From contig CAZXSW010000001.1 in NCBI GenBank assembly GCA_964642615.1, forward strand, positions 42,945 through 106,944: a DNA stretch of 64,000 bases, written 5' to 3'. The notes below the pieces were generated by a model, which saw only the letters and a program-made list of their open reading frames with translations, was not told where the DNA came from and did not search any database. Position numbers and translations under genes: made by a program. This document shows, piece after piece, positions 29,509-38,288 of this stretch. Source of the stretch: an uncultured Rikenellaceae bacterium (GTDB lineage: Bacteria; Bacteroidota; Bacteroidia; Bacteroidales; VadinHA17). Positions within the stretch are counted from its first letter, which is position 1; the number at the start of each line of letters is the position of its first letter.

Positions 29509-30891
29509 ATGAGCTATTTTGTATCTTTGTGGCTAGTTATCTTACATTTTATTATGAATAAACCAGTTCCATGGGCACTGGCCCGGCTAAGGAAGATCAA
29601 TGAAACTATATGGCATACTTCGTTGTCTGATATTTCACGAAGCAGGTCATTCCTACTGAGGCAAATCAGAATAGTTATAATAGCTGCCAGGGGATTCATC
29701 AATGATAAAGTTGAGATAAGGGCATCTGCCCTGACTTTCTACTCGCTTATTTCTGTAGTTCCGATAGCTGCAATCGCTTTTGCCATTGCCAAAGGTTTCG
29801 GACTCGACCAGAACCTGGAGCAACTTATTATCAGAGAGCTGCAATCGCAACAGGAGGTTGTTATCTGGCTTTTACAGAATGCACGCAATGCAATTCAGGA
29901 AACACGCGGGGGATATATGGCAGGGGTTGGAGTAATAATACTCTTCTGGTCGGTGATGTCGCTTCTGGGTCAGATCGAAAACTCTTTCAATCATATATGG
30001 CAGATACCCTCATCAAGAACATGGTACAGGAAATTTACAGATTATATAAGTATAATGCTTATTGCACCAGTACTACTCATTCTTTCCGGAAGTATAACCG
30101 TATTTATAAATACCCAGCTGTCAGAGTTCATCTCAAGTGCTCCCATACTTAATTTCTTCAAGCCCGTGGTTGGTTTCCTTGTCAGGTTTGCACCCTATTT
30201 CATTACATGGATAGCTCTTACCGGCCTGTTTATCATAATGCCCAACACAAGGGTGAAGTTTGGCCCGGCCCTCGTTTCAGGTATCATCGCGGGGACACTT
30301 CTGCAGGTTCTGCAGTGGCTGTATATAGACCTTCAGTTCGGAATAACAAAGCTGAGCGCCATATACGGAAGTTTTGCCGCTATACCACTATTCATTTTAT
30401 GGATGGAAGCAAGCTGGATAATTGTACTCCTGGGAGCAGAACTATCGTTTGCTAACCAGAATATAGCCCGTTATGAGGTCGAGTCAGAGGCTCTTCTAAT
30501 AAGCCATTATCAGAAGAAAGCTCTCGTGCTGATGATTATGCATATGATAATCAGGAATTTCTCTTCTGGAGGAAAGCCCATATCAGCCGAGAATATAGCT
30601 TCAAAATTAAATATTCCTGTAAGGCTGGCCAGAGATATTCTAAATGACCTTAAAAACAGCGATCTTGTTTCGGTAATCCACGAGAGTGAAAAGGATGAGA
30701 GGCTTTATCAGCCGGCACTGGATGTAAATCTCCTTACTGTAAGTTATGTCCTTAACCGCCTTGATAAAAAAGGCACCTCTGAGCAGATAATAGTAAAAAG
30801 CAAGGAATATGAAAAGGTGTTTTCAATGCTCGATAAGTTTGACAAGGCAATAGCCAAATCAGAATCCAACATTCTTATCAGGGATATTTAA
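29509..30891 (+). CDS. YihY/BrkB-family inner-membrane protein with a C-terminal wHTH-like extension (start may be the ATG at 29554)
   Basis: Six TM segments and YihY-type motifs (ASALTFYSLISVVPIAA, YGSFAAIPLFILWMEASWIIVLLGAE). The soluble tail of about 130 aa includes ISAENIASKLNIPVRLARDILNDL. Confidence 0.8.
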   Translation: MSYFVSLWLVILHFIMNKPVPWALARLRKINETIWHTSLSDISRSRSFLLRQIRIVIIAARGFINDKVEIRASALTFYSLISVVPIAAIAFAIAKGFGLDQNLEQLIIRELQSQQEVVIWLLQNARNAIQETRGGYMAGVGVIILFWSVMSLLGQIENSFNHIWQIPSSRTWYRKFTDYISIMLIAPVLLILSGSITVFINTQLSEFISSAPILNFFKPVVGFLVRFAPYFITWIALTGLFIIMPNTRVKFGPALVSGIIAGTLLQVLQWLYIDLQFGITKLSAIYGSFAAIPLFILWMEASWIIVLLGAELSFANQNIARYEVESEALLISHYQKKALVLMIMHMIIRNFSSGGKPISAENIASKLNIPVRLARDILNDLKNSDLVSVIHESEKDERLYQPALDVNLLTVSYVLNRLDKKGTSEQIIVKSKEYEKVFSMLDKFDKAIAKSESNILIRDI

Positions 30892-30900
30892 TCTGAAATC

Positions 30901-31620
30901 TCAGGAAGTACCTTTTTTTCTTATAGGTCTTTTCTTCTTTTCACTGTAGTTCTCAACGAAATCTATAAACTGCGGAAATGAATCCCATTCGTGAAAGAAA
31001 TAGTGTGGCAACCTGAGAACTATATGTCTTGTGGAACTCTCCCTGCTCCAGTAGCTTTTAAGATTCTGAGCCGGAAAGACCCTGTCATTCTCACTGGTGA
31101 CGGCAAAATCCCACCTGAATCCGGGTTCTTTTTGTTCCATTATTCTGTTATAAAGCCATCTCAACTCGTCGTGCAACGATTTTACAGAACGATGCGGAAT
31201 CCTGTCCTGATTTCTCAGGTAGTTTCTTTTGTCGCCAAACATCCTGAGGTAAAACTTCTCCATGTTCTCCTCCGAAAGGTTGTTAAGGGTCCCTTCAAAT
31301 GTCTTTAAAGGAATGCCAAACCTGTCATCGGCAGGCACCGGAGTGCCGTTCACTGCAATGGTAAGGTCGGGTTTTATCCCTGTCCTGGGAGCCAGGTATT
31401 CAGCTGCCCATACTCCAAGTGACCATCCTATGACGGTTATCGACTTGTACGACTTCATCTCGGGAAGGACCAGCGCATCGTCGGCTGAATAATTGTAAAA
31501 CAGTATAAAATCAAATTCATCATTGCAAAGCGGAGTAAACATATTCTCATCATTTCCCCACCCTCCATACAACACTACAAGACGGTCATTCTTGTCTCTT
31601 CTTCTGATATATGTCTTCAT
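30901..31620 (-). CDS. DUF452 / BioG-like alpha/beta-hydrolase (pimeloyl-ACP methyl ester esterase family)
   Basis: The pattern LVVLYGGWGNDENMF...DFILFYNY...VIGWSLGVW (nucleophile elbow GWSLG) recalls BioG/DUF452. No other biotin genes are in the window. Confidence 0.6.
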   Translation of the reverse strand: MKTYIRRRDKNDRLVVLYGGWGNDENMFTPLCNDEFDFILFYNYSADDALVLPEMKSYKSITVIGWSLGVWAAEYLAPRTGIKPDLTIAVNGTPVPADDRFGIPLKTFEGTLNNLSEENMEKFYLRMFGDKRNYLRNQDRIPHRSVKSLHDELRWLYNRIMEQKEPGFRWDFAVTSENDRVFPAQNLKSYWSRESSTRHIVLRLPHYFFHEWDSFPQFIDFVENYSEKKKRPIRKKGTS

Positions 31621-31741
31621 TGTTTGCCCAAAGATTACAGGACTAATGATTAAAACCCGTATTCCTTAACGGGATACCAAAGATACTTTTTTTTTCGGTT
31701 GTTTCTGCTGCCGGATGAAGTTTCAGGAACTGACAGCCTTG

Positions 31742-31954
31742 AAAAATAATAAGAGGAGGAGGGTTGTAAGGAAAATCAGGGAGCGGGCTTTACTCGTGAA
31801 AAGTCCCGTGTCTACTGTCTGATAAAAGGACGGAACCATGGTAAGCTGGCGCTATTCCTTCGGTTCCAGATGTGAAAGTCAATGTCTGCAATACAATCCT
31901 GATGATTTTCACTTCCAACCCTTTCTTCCTCCTCTTATACCAATAGCATGAGCT
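31742..31954 (-). ncRNA. candidate structured small RNA of about 210 nt (6S-like rod with internal hairpins); a cis-acting leader of the BioG-like gene is the alternative
   Basis: A long-range helix pairs 31749-31779 with 31897-31938 (ATAAGAGGAGGAGGGTTG... with ...CAACCCTTTCTTCCTCCTCTTAT). Internal hairpins include CGGGCTTT/AAAGTCCCG and GGAACC/GGTTCC. On the minus strand the helix is followed by UUAUUAUUUUUC and preceded by a consensus promoter. No convincing ORF is present. Confidence 0.4.
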
Positions 31955-31960
31955 TCGTAA

Positions 31961-31992
31961 CAAATATATAAAATATTAATTCAAAAACCAAA
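31961..31992 (-). promoter_or_regulatory. Bacteroidota sigma-A type promoter (TTTG-N20-TATATTTG) for the candidate sRNA
   Basis: On the minus strand, TTTG lies at 31992-31989 and TATATTTG at 31968-31961. This matches the -33 TTTG / -7 TAnnTTTG consensus with typical spacing. Confidence 0.4.
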
Positions 31993-32191
31993 CAAATAAT
32001 CTATTAATTTAAATATGAAGTTTTAATGATGCTTACGATTAAATTATTGCGTAAATTTGATATAATCAGCAAGTTCAGAAAAACTCCAGAGTATTGTCAG
32101 TACGATGCTGTGCACTTTAAGTCCGGGATTTTTTCAGAAAGAACGAATTAAACGGCATTTCAGCAGCAAATCATATTAAATATAACTCCAT

Positions 32192-34015
32192 ATGTCAATG
32201 AACATGCTCGAAAAAATACTTTCCCGTCATTCAGACGGTAAAGTTAAAAAGCCCGGGGAAACAGCTGATATCAGAATTGACATTCGTGCAGCACGTGACT
32301 TCGGAGGGGCAGGGGTGATCAGGAATCTCAACAGTAATTCGCTGGAAATCCATGACCCCGAAAGCACTTTCTTCACTTTCGACTGCAACCCCTCGGGATC
32401 GGATCAGAAATATGCTGCAAACCAGCACCTCTGCAGGTTGTTTGCCCGTGAGAACAGGATAAGGGTATTTGATATTGATGCCGGTATCGGGACTCACATA
32501 CTGATGGATGAAGGTATTGTCCTTCCTGGGTCCACTGCAGTATCGACCGATTCACATGCCAATATCTTTGGCGCCATAGGGGCCTTCGGGCAGGGTATGG
32601 GCGATATGGACATTGCAGCAGCATGGGCATCCGGAAAGGTATGGTTCAAGGTACCGCCCTCTGTCAAAGTGATCCTCAATGGTTACCTGGCTGATAACAT
32701 AAGTGCCAAAGACATAGCCCTTAATCTCCTTGCCATCTTTGGCACCACAACTCTTTCAGGAATGTCTGCCGAAATTTATGGAGAAGCATCCCAGGCTCTC
32801 ACTATCGACCAGCGGATAACCATTTCATCTATGGCGACCGAGATGGGAGCCATTACAATACTTTTCCCTCCAGGTGATGACACCATAAGCTTCTGCCGCA
32901 GCAGGGCCCTGAACGATTTCGAACCTGTATATGCCGACAGTAATGCCGAATATTCAGCAGTTCATGAGCTGGATGTCTCCCGCTTCGTCCCCCTTGTTTC
33001 CCGTCCCGGAGAACCCCATAACACAGTTCCTTTGAAAGATTCCGGTTTTGTCAAAATCGACTCGGCTTTTATAGGCAGCTGTACCAATGGCCGGTTGGAG
33101 GATATGGAACGGAGTGCATCAATCCTGAGAAACAGACATATTGCCCCGGGGGTTGTGCTGAAGATCGTTCCATCCACCGACCTTATCTGGAATGAATGCC
33201 TCCGGAAAGGACTGATCAGTGTCTTCAAGGATGCCGGGGCCCTGGTATCAAATGCCGGCTGTGCCGGTTGTGCGGCCGGACAGGTAGGACAGAATGGTCC
33301 GGGTGAAATTACTGTTTCAACAGGTAACCGGAACTTTACAGGTAAACAGGGGAAGGGCGATGTATGGCTTGCATCTCCTGAAGTTGTTGCAGCTTCTGCC
33401 ATAGCCGGATATATAACTGGTCCCGATAAGATACCACCTGTTCCTTCAGTATTTACTGTTTCGGCAAAAAGCAGCAGCAATAAGTCATCTTCGGCTTCAG
33501 CCGGTGAAGTGACACAACGCCCCTTGTTCGCTGAGGGTAGGGTGTGGGTCCTTGCAGCTGATAATATTGATACAGATATGATTTACCATAACAGCTATCT
33601 CACTGTAACCGATTTTAATGAAATGGGAAAGTACGCACTTGGCAATATGGCTGGATATGAGCGCTTTGCATCAGAAGCATCTGCCGGGGATATACTCATT
33701 GCCGGAAGGAACTTCGGATGCGGAAGCTCAAGGCAGCAGGCGGTTGACTGTTTTATCTCACTCGGCATTGCTACAGTAGTAGCCCGGTCGTTCGGAGCCA
33801 TCTGGGAGAGAAACGCAATCAATGCCGGACTGCCTGCCATTGTCTGTGAAGATTATGACACACTCTCACCCGCTGACGGGGATATTGTACGGGTGGACTT
33901 TGTGACGGGTGAAATAAGGAATATAAGCAAAAACAAAGCTGTAAAAGCACAACCCTTCTCTGATATCCAGATGAAGATCTTCATGAGAGGGGGACTTCTC
34001 CGAAATAATCTATAA
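32192..34015 (+). CDS. aconitase-superfamily hydro-lyase with fused LeuC-like and LeuD-like domains (paralog 1)
   Basis: The N-terminal catalytic domain has STDSHANIFGAIGAFG, GSCTNGR and GCAGCAAG (three Cys for the Fe-S cluster). A Ser-rich linker follows. The C-terminal swivel domain has GRNFGCGSSRQQA. Confidence 0.8.
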   Translation: MSMNMLEKILSRHSDGKVKKPGETADIRIDIRAARDFGGAGVIRNLNSNSLEIHDPESTFFTFDCNPSGSDQKYAANQHLCRLFARENRIRVFDIDAGIGTHILMDEGIVLPGSTAVSTDSHANIFGAIGAFGQGMGDMDIAAAWASGKVWFKVPPSVKVILNGYLADNISAKDIALNLLAIFGTTTLSGMSAEIYGEASQALTIDQRITISSMATEMGAITILFPPGDDTISFCRSRALNDFEPVYADSNAEYSAVHELDVSRFVPLVSRPGEPHNTVPLKDSGFVKIDSAFIGSCTNGRLEDMERSASILRNRHIAPGVVLKIVPSTDLIWNECLRKGLISVFKDAGALVSNAGCAGCAAGQVGQNGPGEITVSTGNRNFTGKQGKGDVWLASPEVVAASAIAGYITGPDKIPPVPSVFTVSAKSSSNKSSSASAGEVTQRPLFAEGRVWVLAADNIDTDMIYHNSYLTVTDFNEMGKYALGNMAGYERFASEASAGDILIAGRNFGCGSSRQQAVDCFISLGIATVVARSFGAIWERNAINAGLPAIVCEDYDTLSPADGDIVRVDFVTGEIRNISKNKAVKAQPFSDIQMKIFMRGGLLRNNL

Positions 34016-34026
34016 AACACTTAAGC

Positions 34027-35802
34027 ATGAAAGCTTTTACTTTTGCTGAAAAAATTCTTGGGGCACCAGCCGGGTCAATAGTGTTCAAAAAACCTGATAT
34101 TCTGCTTACCCACGACAATACTTCAAGCATAAATCAGACATTCAAAAAAATGGGAGGGCAAAGGATACTATATCCTGAGCAGATGCTCGTTGTACTCGAT
34201 CATAATGCTCCTCCGGCCGATTCAGTGCTGGCAACCCGATATCAGGAAATCAGGAACCTTGTAAAGGAGTACGGCATAAAGATGTTCTACGATGCAGGAA
34301 TGGGAATATGCCATCAGCTAATGTCGTATCATGCCCGGCCGGGAATGATAATAACAGGCAGCGACAGTCATACCTCAACCGCAGGGGCTTTTAATGCCTT
34401 TGCAGCCGGTATTGACCGGACCGAATCGGCAGCTATCTGGAAGACCGGCGAGACCTGGTTCAGAGTTCCCGAATCAATGAAGATATCCCTTAAAGGAAAA
34501 CTAAAAAAGGGAGTAGAGGCCAAAGATCTGGCTTTGTGGATAACAGGAATGCTGGGTGCGGATGGGGCAAATTATTTGTCGGTTGAGTTTCATGGAGAAG
34601 GCTTGCAGAACCTGGCAATATCAGACAGAATGGTGCTGTCGAATATGGCTTCCGAAATGGGAGCAAAAAACGCGGTTTTTCCTGCCGACGATGTGCTCGA
34701 AAAGTATTCCGGCACCTTAGAAGGGGCCCTGTGGGCAGATGAACAAGCTCATTATATTAAATCTTTTGAAATAGACATGGGAAATGTGTTCCCCGTACTT
34801 GCTGCTCCGCATAACGTTGATAACATAGTCTCAGTGGCCGAAGCTGCAGGCACCACTGTACATGAAGGTCTGATCGGGACCTGTACCAACGGAAGGATAG
34901 AAGATCTGAGGACGGCTGCTTCAATACTCAAGGGGAAAAAGATAAGCGAAGGTTTTCAGCTTAATGTTGTGCCTGCTTCACGCGATATATTCCTTAAAGC
35001 CATAGAAGAAGGCTTAATAAGCACGCTAATAAGGGCCGGGGCAAACATACTCTCACCTTCCTGCGGACCCTGCCTGGGCACGGGACAGGGGATTCCGGCC
35101 GACGGTCACACCGTAATATCCACGGCAAACAGGAATTTCCCGGGAAGGATGGGAAACAGGAATGCTTCAATATTCCTTGCATCACCTGCAACAGTGGCCT
35201 GTTCGGCACTCACAGGGAAGATAAGTGACCCGCGCAAAAAGCCGGGTAATGAGAAATATCCATTCAGTGTAAAAAAACCGGCCTCATCCATGCCCGAAAA
35301 AGGAGAACTGAGAAAAAAGGGGAGGGTATGGGATTATTCAGTCTTCGATAACCTTAATACAGACCTTATGTTTCCCGGAAGGCATACATATTCTGTACAG
35401 AGCTCGGATCCGGCATCTATTCTTCCCTTTCTGTTTGAAGATTTTGACCCTCTTTTTCACACTATGGTGGAACCCGGAGATATTTTAATCGCAGGTGAGA
35501 ACTTCGGTTGCGGAAGCTCGAGGGAACATCCGGCAGCAGGACTTGCCTACGCAGGTGTTAAGGCAATTATAGTCAAATCGGTAAACAGGATTTTCTTCCG
35601 TTCATCGATAAACCAGGGATTACTTCTTATTGTATGCAGGGAGGCAGTTGAAGCCTACAAACCAGGTGATGTGGTGGAAGTTGATACTGACAGGGGGATC
35701 ATAATCAGCGGAGGCGCAAGTTTTAGCTTCGAAGCACCGGCCGGCAAGCTGGGCAGGATAATTGAAATGAAGGGTCTTGTAAATTTCATGAAAACACTCT
35801 GA
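34027..35802 (+). CDS. aconitase-superfamily hydro-lyase with fused LeuC-like and LeuD-like domains (paralog 2)
   Basis: Motifs LDHNAPP, GSDSHTSTAGAFNAFA, GTCTNGR and SPSCGPCLG, with a C-terminal swivel GENFGCGSSREHP. It starts 11 bp after paralog 1. Confidence 0.8.
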   Translation: MKAFTFAEKILGAPAGSIVFKKPDILLTHDNTSSINQTFKKMGGQRILYPEQMLVVLDHNAPPADSVLATRYQEIRNLVKEYGIKMFYDAGMGICHQLMSYHARPGMIITGSDSHTSTAGAFNAFAAGIDRTESAAIWKTGETWFRVPESMKISLKGKLKKGVEAKDLALWITGMLGADGANYLSVEFHGEGLQNLAISDRMVLSNMASEMGAKNAVFPADDVLEKYSGTLEGALWADEQAHYIKSFEIDMGNVFPVLAAPHNVDNIVSVAEAAGTTVHEGLIGTCTNGRIEDLRTAASILKGKKISEGFQLNVVPASRDIFLKAIEEGLISTLIRAGANILSPSCGPCLGTGQGIPADGHTVISTANRNFPGRMGNRNASIFLASPATVACSALTGKISDPRKKPGNEKYPFSVKKPASSMPEKGELRKKGRVWDYSVFDNLNTDLMFPGRHTYSVQSSDPASILPFLFEDFDPLFHTMVEPGDILIAGENFGCGSSREHPAAGLAYAGVKAIIVKSVNRIFFRSSINQGLLLIVCREAVEAYKPGDVVEVDTDRGIIISGGASFSFEAPAGKLGRIIEMKGLVNFMKTL

Positions 35803-35839
35803 AGAATCGAAAAAAAATGTATTTTTGCACGCTGAAAAC

Positions 35840-35913
35840 GGTTCCGTAGCTCAGTTGGATAGAGCAACAGCCTTCTAAGCTGTGGGTCGAGCGTTCGAGT
35901 CGCTCCGGAATCA
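35840..35913 (+). tRNA. tRNA-Arg (anticodon UCU)
   Basis: Cloverleaf read by hand. The acceptor stem is GGTTCCG/CGGAATC with one G-U pair. The D-arm is AGCTCAGTTGGATAGAGC. The anticodon loop is CTTCTAA. The T-arm is GTTCGAGTC. No encoded CCA. Confidence 0.93.
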
Positions 35914-35916
35914 CTT

Positions 35917-35946
35917 AAAAAGGTTGCCCTTACGGCAACCTTTTTA
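35917..35946 (+). terminator. rho-independent terminator after tRNA-Arg
   Basis: AAAAAGGTTGCC-CTTAC-GGCAACCTTTTT: a perfect GC-rich stem with a T-run. Confidence 0.7.
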
Positions 35947-36085
35947 AATTCCATAGTCTGATAACTTATCTTCCAAAGGTTACGCTTCGGCAACACACTT
36001 TCTGGTTTGAATACCCAATACCCTGACCTTGAGATATTTACTATCATCCCGGTACATTCTCCCAGAGAGGCTCATGCCTAATGCC

Positions 36086-36259
36086 TCACGCCTCTTTAAG
36101 TATCTCCTGTATATCATCCTGGCACTGGCCGCAAACAGTCCCTGCATCGGTTGCCTCACCAACCTCCTCAACAGTCTTTAGACCTTTTTCCTTAATAGCT
36201 TTAACAATGGTGCTTTTATAAACCTCCATACAATTGCATATCAACTTATCTTCTTCCAT
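36086..36259 (-). CDS. 57-aa BFD-like [2Fe-2S]-binding domain protein (not in the ORF track)
   Basis: My own translation gives MEEDKLICNCMEVYKSTIVKAIKEKGLKTVEEVGEATDAGTVCGQCQDDIQEILKEA. The CxC-x32-CxxC spacing is typical of the bacterioferritin-associated-ferredoxin-like domain. Confidence 0.6.
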   Translation of the reverse strand: MEEDKLICNCMEVYKSTIVKAIKEKGLKTVEEVGEATDAGTVCGQCQDDIQEILKEA

Positions 36260-36350
36260 TTTATCCTGATTTTATTAAACTTAAATTTGCTGATCAATCC
36301 CCAAATATATCTTTTTGTCATCAGATTCATAGAAGTTGTCAGGGAATTCC

Positions 36351-36836
36351 TCATTTAAGCTTTCTGATCATGGTTACCGATCCGTCTGTTTCAGAGATGT
36401 CTTCAAAACCCCATCTTCTGTAAAGCCTGTATGCATAGTTTATTTTGTCCACACTCAGTGAAACCTGACTGTAGCCTTCTTCAGTCAGCAGGTTTATCAT
36501 AGCCTCAAGCAGTAAGGTTCCTATACCCCGGTTCCTGAATTGTTCATAAACGGCCATGCTTAGTTCAGGCGTCAGCTCATCAACAAAGCCATAGCCCCTG
36601 CCTGCTTCAGAAAAAAGCCTTGTCCAAACGGCTCCTGCGATTCCGCTTCCGGTCTCAGCAACCAGACACAGATCTCCGGGTCTGTTGAAATCCCTGAAAT
36701 AGACTGAAAGCTCAGGAAAATATACTATTTCATAAGGGGGCCTTTCATCCCCCGGTGGAACAAAGACTGCATTATATAACATCTCCTCAAGAATCCCGGT
36801 CTCGGTATCTTTTAGTTTTCTTATTATGAATTTCAT
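36351..36836 (-). CDS. GNAT-family N-acetyltransferase
   Basis: Acetyl-CoA binding motif-A-like QFRNRGIGTLLL within a fold of about 160 aa. Confidence 0.8.
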   Translation of the reverse strand: MKFIIRKLKDTETGILEEMLYNAVFVPPGDERPPYEIVYFPELSVYFRDFNRPGDLCLVAETGSGIAGAVWTRLFSEAGRGYGFVDELTPELSMAVYEQFRNRGIGTLLLEAMINLLTEEGYSQVSLSVDKINYAYRLYRRWGFEDISETDGSVTMIRKLK

Positions 36837-36870
36837 GGATTTTAAAAGCTTTTTTAAGCTTCTTAATTGA

Positions 36871-37263
36871 TTATTTCATTGGTTTTCTGTAGCCCAGTCC
36901 GCTAAAGCATGCAATAAGGGTATCGTCTTCGTCGAATATATCAACCTTGTAACCGCCAATGCGGTTCTGAACACTTATCTCACTGGCTACTGCCCTGATC
37001 TTTTTCCCCGACGGCGATTTGAAATATGTGATGTTGATGTTTATGCCAAGGGTTGGTATTCCGTCTGAATTTGAGGCAGCTGCAAAAGCATAGTCGGCAA
37101 GGGTGAATATAGCTCCCCCTTGTACCCTGTCTACTCCGTTAAGATGATTATCTGTAATTTCCATCTCAGTAACAGCATAACCGGGCCTTACATCCAGCAG
37201 CCTGACTCCGACAAGCCTTGCGAATCTGTCATTACTTACCCTTCTAATAAGATCTTCGTCCAT
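36871..37263 (-). CDS. PaaI-family hotdog-fold thioesterase
   Basis: 130 aa. Motifs LNGVDRVQGGAIFTLADYAF are typical of PaaI/YigI-type thioesterases. Confidence 0.75.
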   Translation of the reverse strand: MDEDLIRRVSNDRFARLVGVRLLDVRPGYAVTEMEITDNHLNGVDRVQGGAIFTLADYAFAAASNSDGIPTLGININITYFKSPSGKKIRAVASEISVQNRIGGYKVDIFDEDDTLIACFSGLGYRKPMK

Positions 37264-37273
37264 GTGTAAAAAG

Positions 37274-38173
37274 TTAATAACTTTGATTTACAAATTTTTC
37301 TGACAGTTTCCAAAAAATGTCTCCATCACGGTAAACAAAGAGATATTTTCCGTCCGGGCTAAGATCAATATCAATATTATCTCCTTCATCGTTAAAGGCA
37401 TTACCCATATTAACAGGTTCATCCCATCCTCCAGAGCTGTTTGCGAATGAGATATACTGATCATAGTTTCCCTGTCCTCCCGGACGGTTTGATGTAAAAA
37501 TAACAAACCTGCCGTCAGTATCAATAAAGGGATCGACATCGCTGTATTCAGAATTTAGGTGCTCCTCAGCCTTAACAGGCCATGGGTACTTCCCTTCAGA
37601 CAATTCAGAATAATATATATCACCCGAACTTCTGGCTTTGCTCCATCTGCAGAAATAAAGGCGGTTACCGGCCGTCACTGAAGGATGGAACTCCCAGATT
37701 GTGTCACCTCCCAGGTCAAAGAGTTGTTCGGGATCCGACCAGCCGTCTCCCTCCCTTCCAACCCTGCAGATGCTGTATGAGCTACTGTCTGATTTTCCAA
37801 GACTGGAGGAAAAATAGACATGGAGTCCATCGGGTGAGAAAGCAGGTTCTGAGGCCAGGTATCTCCTGGAGAAGTCAGCTGTATCGGGGCCCTGCCAGGC
37901 TGTCCCGTCCCATTTCAGTGTAAAAATCCTTGTGTCGGGCCATATACCCCTTGCAAAGAAGATCTCGTCACCCTCCGGAGAAATGGTTATTGCAGCATCA
38001 TGTGTGCCGGTGCAGGATATGACTCCCGGCATGAAAATCTCAAGGCTGTCACCTGGTTCAGAAAGTCCGGGTAAAACAAAGTCATTAATCATTTTTGCTT
38101 CCCTGCGGTTATTTATTCCGGAACAGGAAACCATAAACAAGCAAGCCATAATGGCAAAAACTCTTGTAGTCAT
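37274..38173 (-). CDS. TolB-like (PD40 repeat) beta-propeller lipoprotein
   Basis: Lipoprotein signal AIMACLFMVSCSG. Repeated motifs (ITISPEGDEIFFAR, SEPAFSPDGLHVYFSS, DPFIDTDGRFVIFTSNRPGG, IDLSPDGKYLFV). Confidence 0.7.
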   Translation of the reverse strand: MTTRVFAIMACLFMVSCSGINNRREAKMINDFVLPGLSEPGDSLEIFMPGVISCTGTHDAAITISPEGDEIFFARGIWPDTRIFTLKWDGTAWQGPDTADFSRRYLASEPAFSPDGLHVYFSSSLGKSDSSSYSICRVGREGDGWSDPEQLFDLGGDTIWEFHPSVTAGNRLYFCRWSKARSSGDIYYSELSEGKYPWPVKAEEHLNSEYSDVDPFIDTDGRFVIFTSNRPGGQGNYDQYISFANSSGGWDEPVNMGNAFNDEGDNIDIDLSPDGKYLFVYRDGDIFWKLSEKFVNQSY

Positions 38174-38288
38174 TTTTCCTGAATATTACTAACTAATTAT
38201 AGATGAATAGTTTGACATGTATTGCATCAGTCAGCCTTTTGTCTGTTTGATTAAATAAAGGTAAACAATCTCAGTTTATAATCCATTT

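Noticed and set aside
31790-31815. GAAAAGTCCCG inside the candidate sRNA resembles the RNase P RNA P4 motif GAGGAAAGUCC.
   Set aside because: The element is only about 210 nt, whereas bacterial RNase P RNA is about 350-400 nt. It lacks the complementary P4 strand (ACAGAACCCGGCUUA-like) and other universal regions.
35655-36047. A 130-aa minus-strand ORF spanning the end of the second aconitase-family gene, tRNA-Arg and its terminator.
   Set aside because: It overlaps a clear tRNA cloverleaf and a strongly supported CDS. It is a shadow ORF.
35980-36171. A 63-aa minus-strand ORF (MRRLVRQPMQGLFAASARM...).
   Set aside because: It is in a different frame from the overlapping BFD-like ORF (36086..36259), which has a CxC...CxxC domain signature. 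This one has an Arg-rich, motif-free translation.
35840-36350. tRNA-Arg as a possible integration site for a genomic island.
   Set aside because: I saw no integrase, no repeat of the tRNA 3-prime end downstream, and the flanking genes look like ordinary small metabolic genes.
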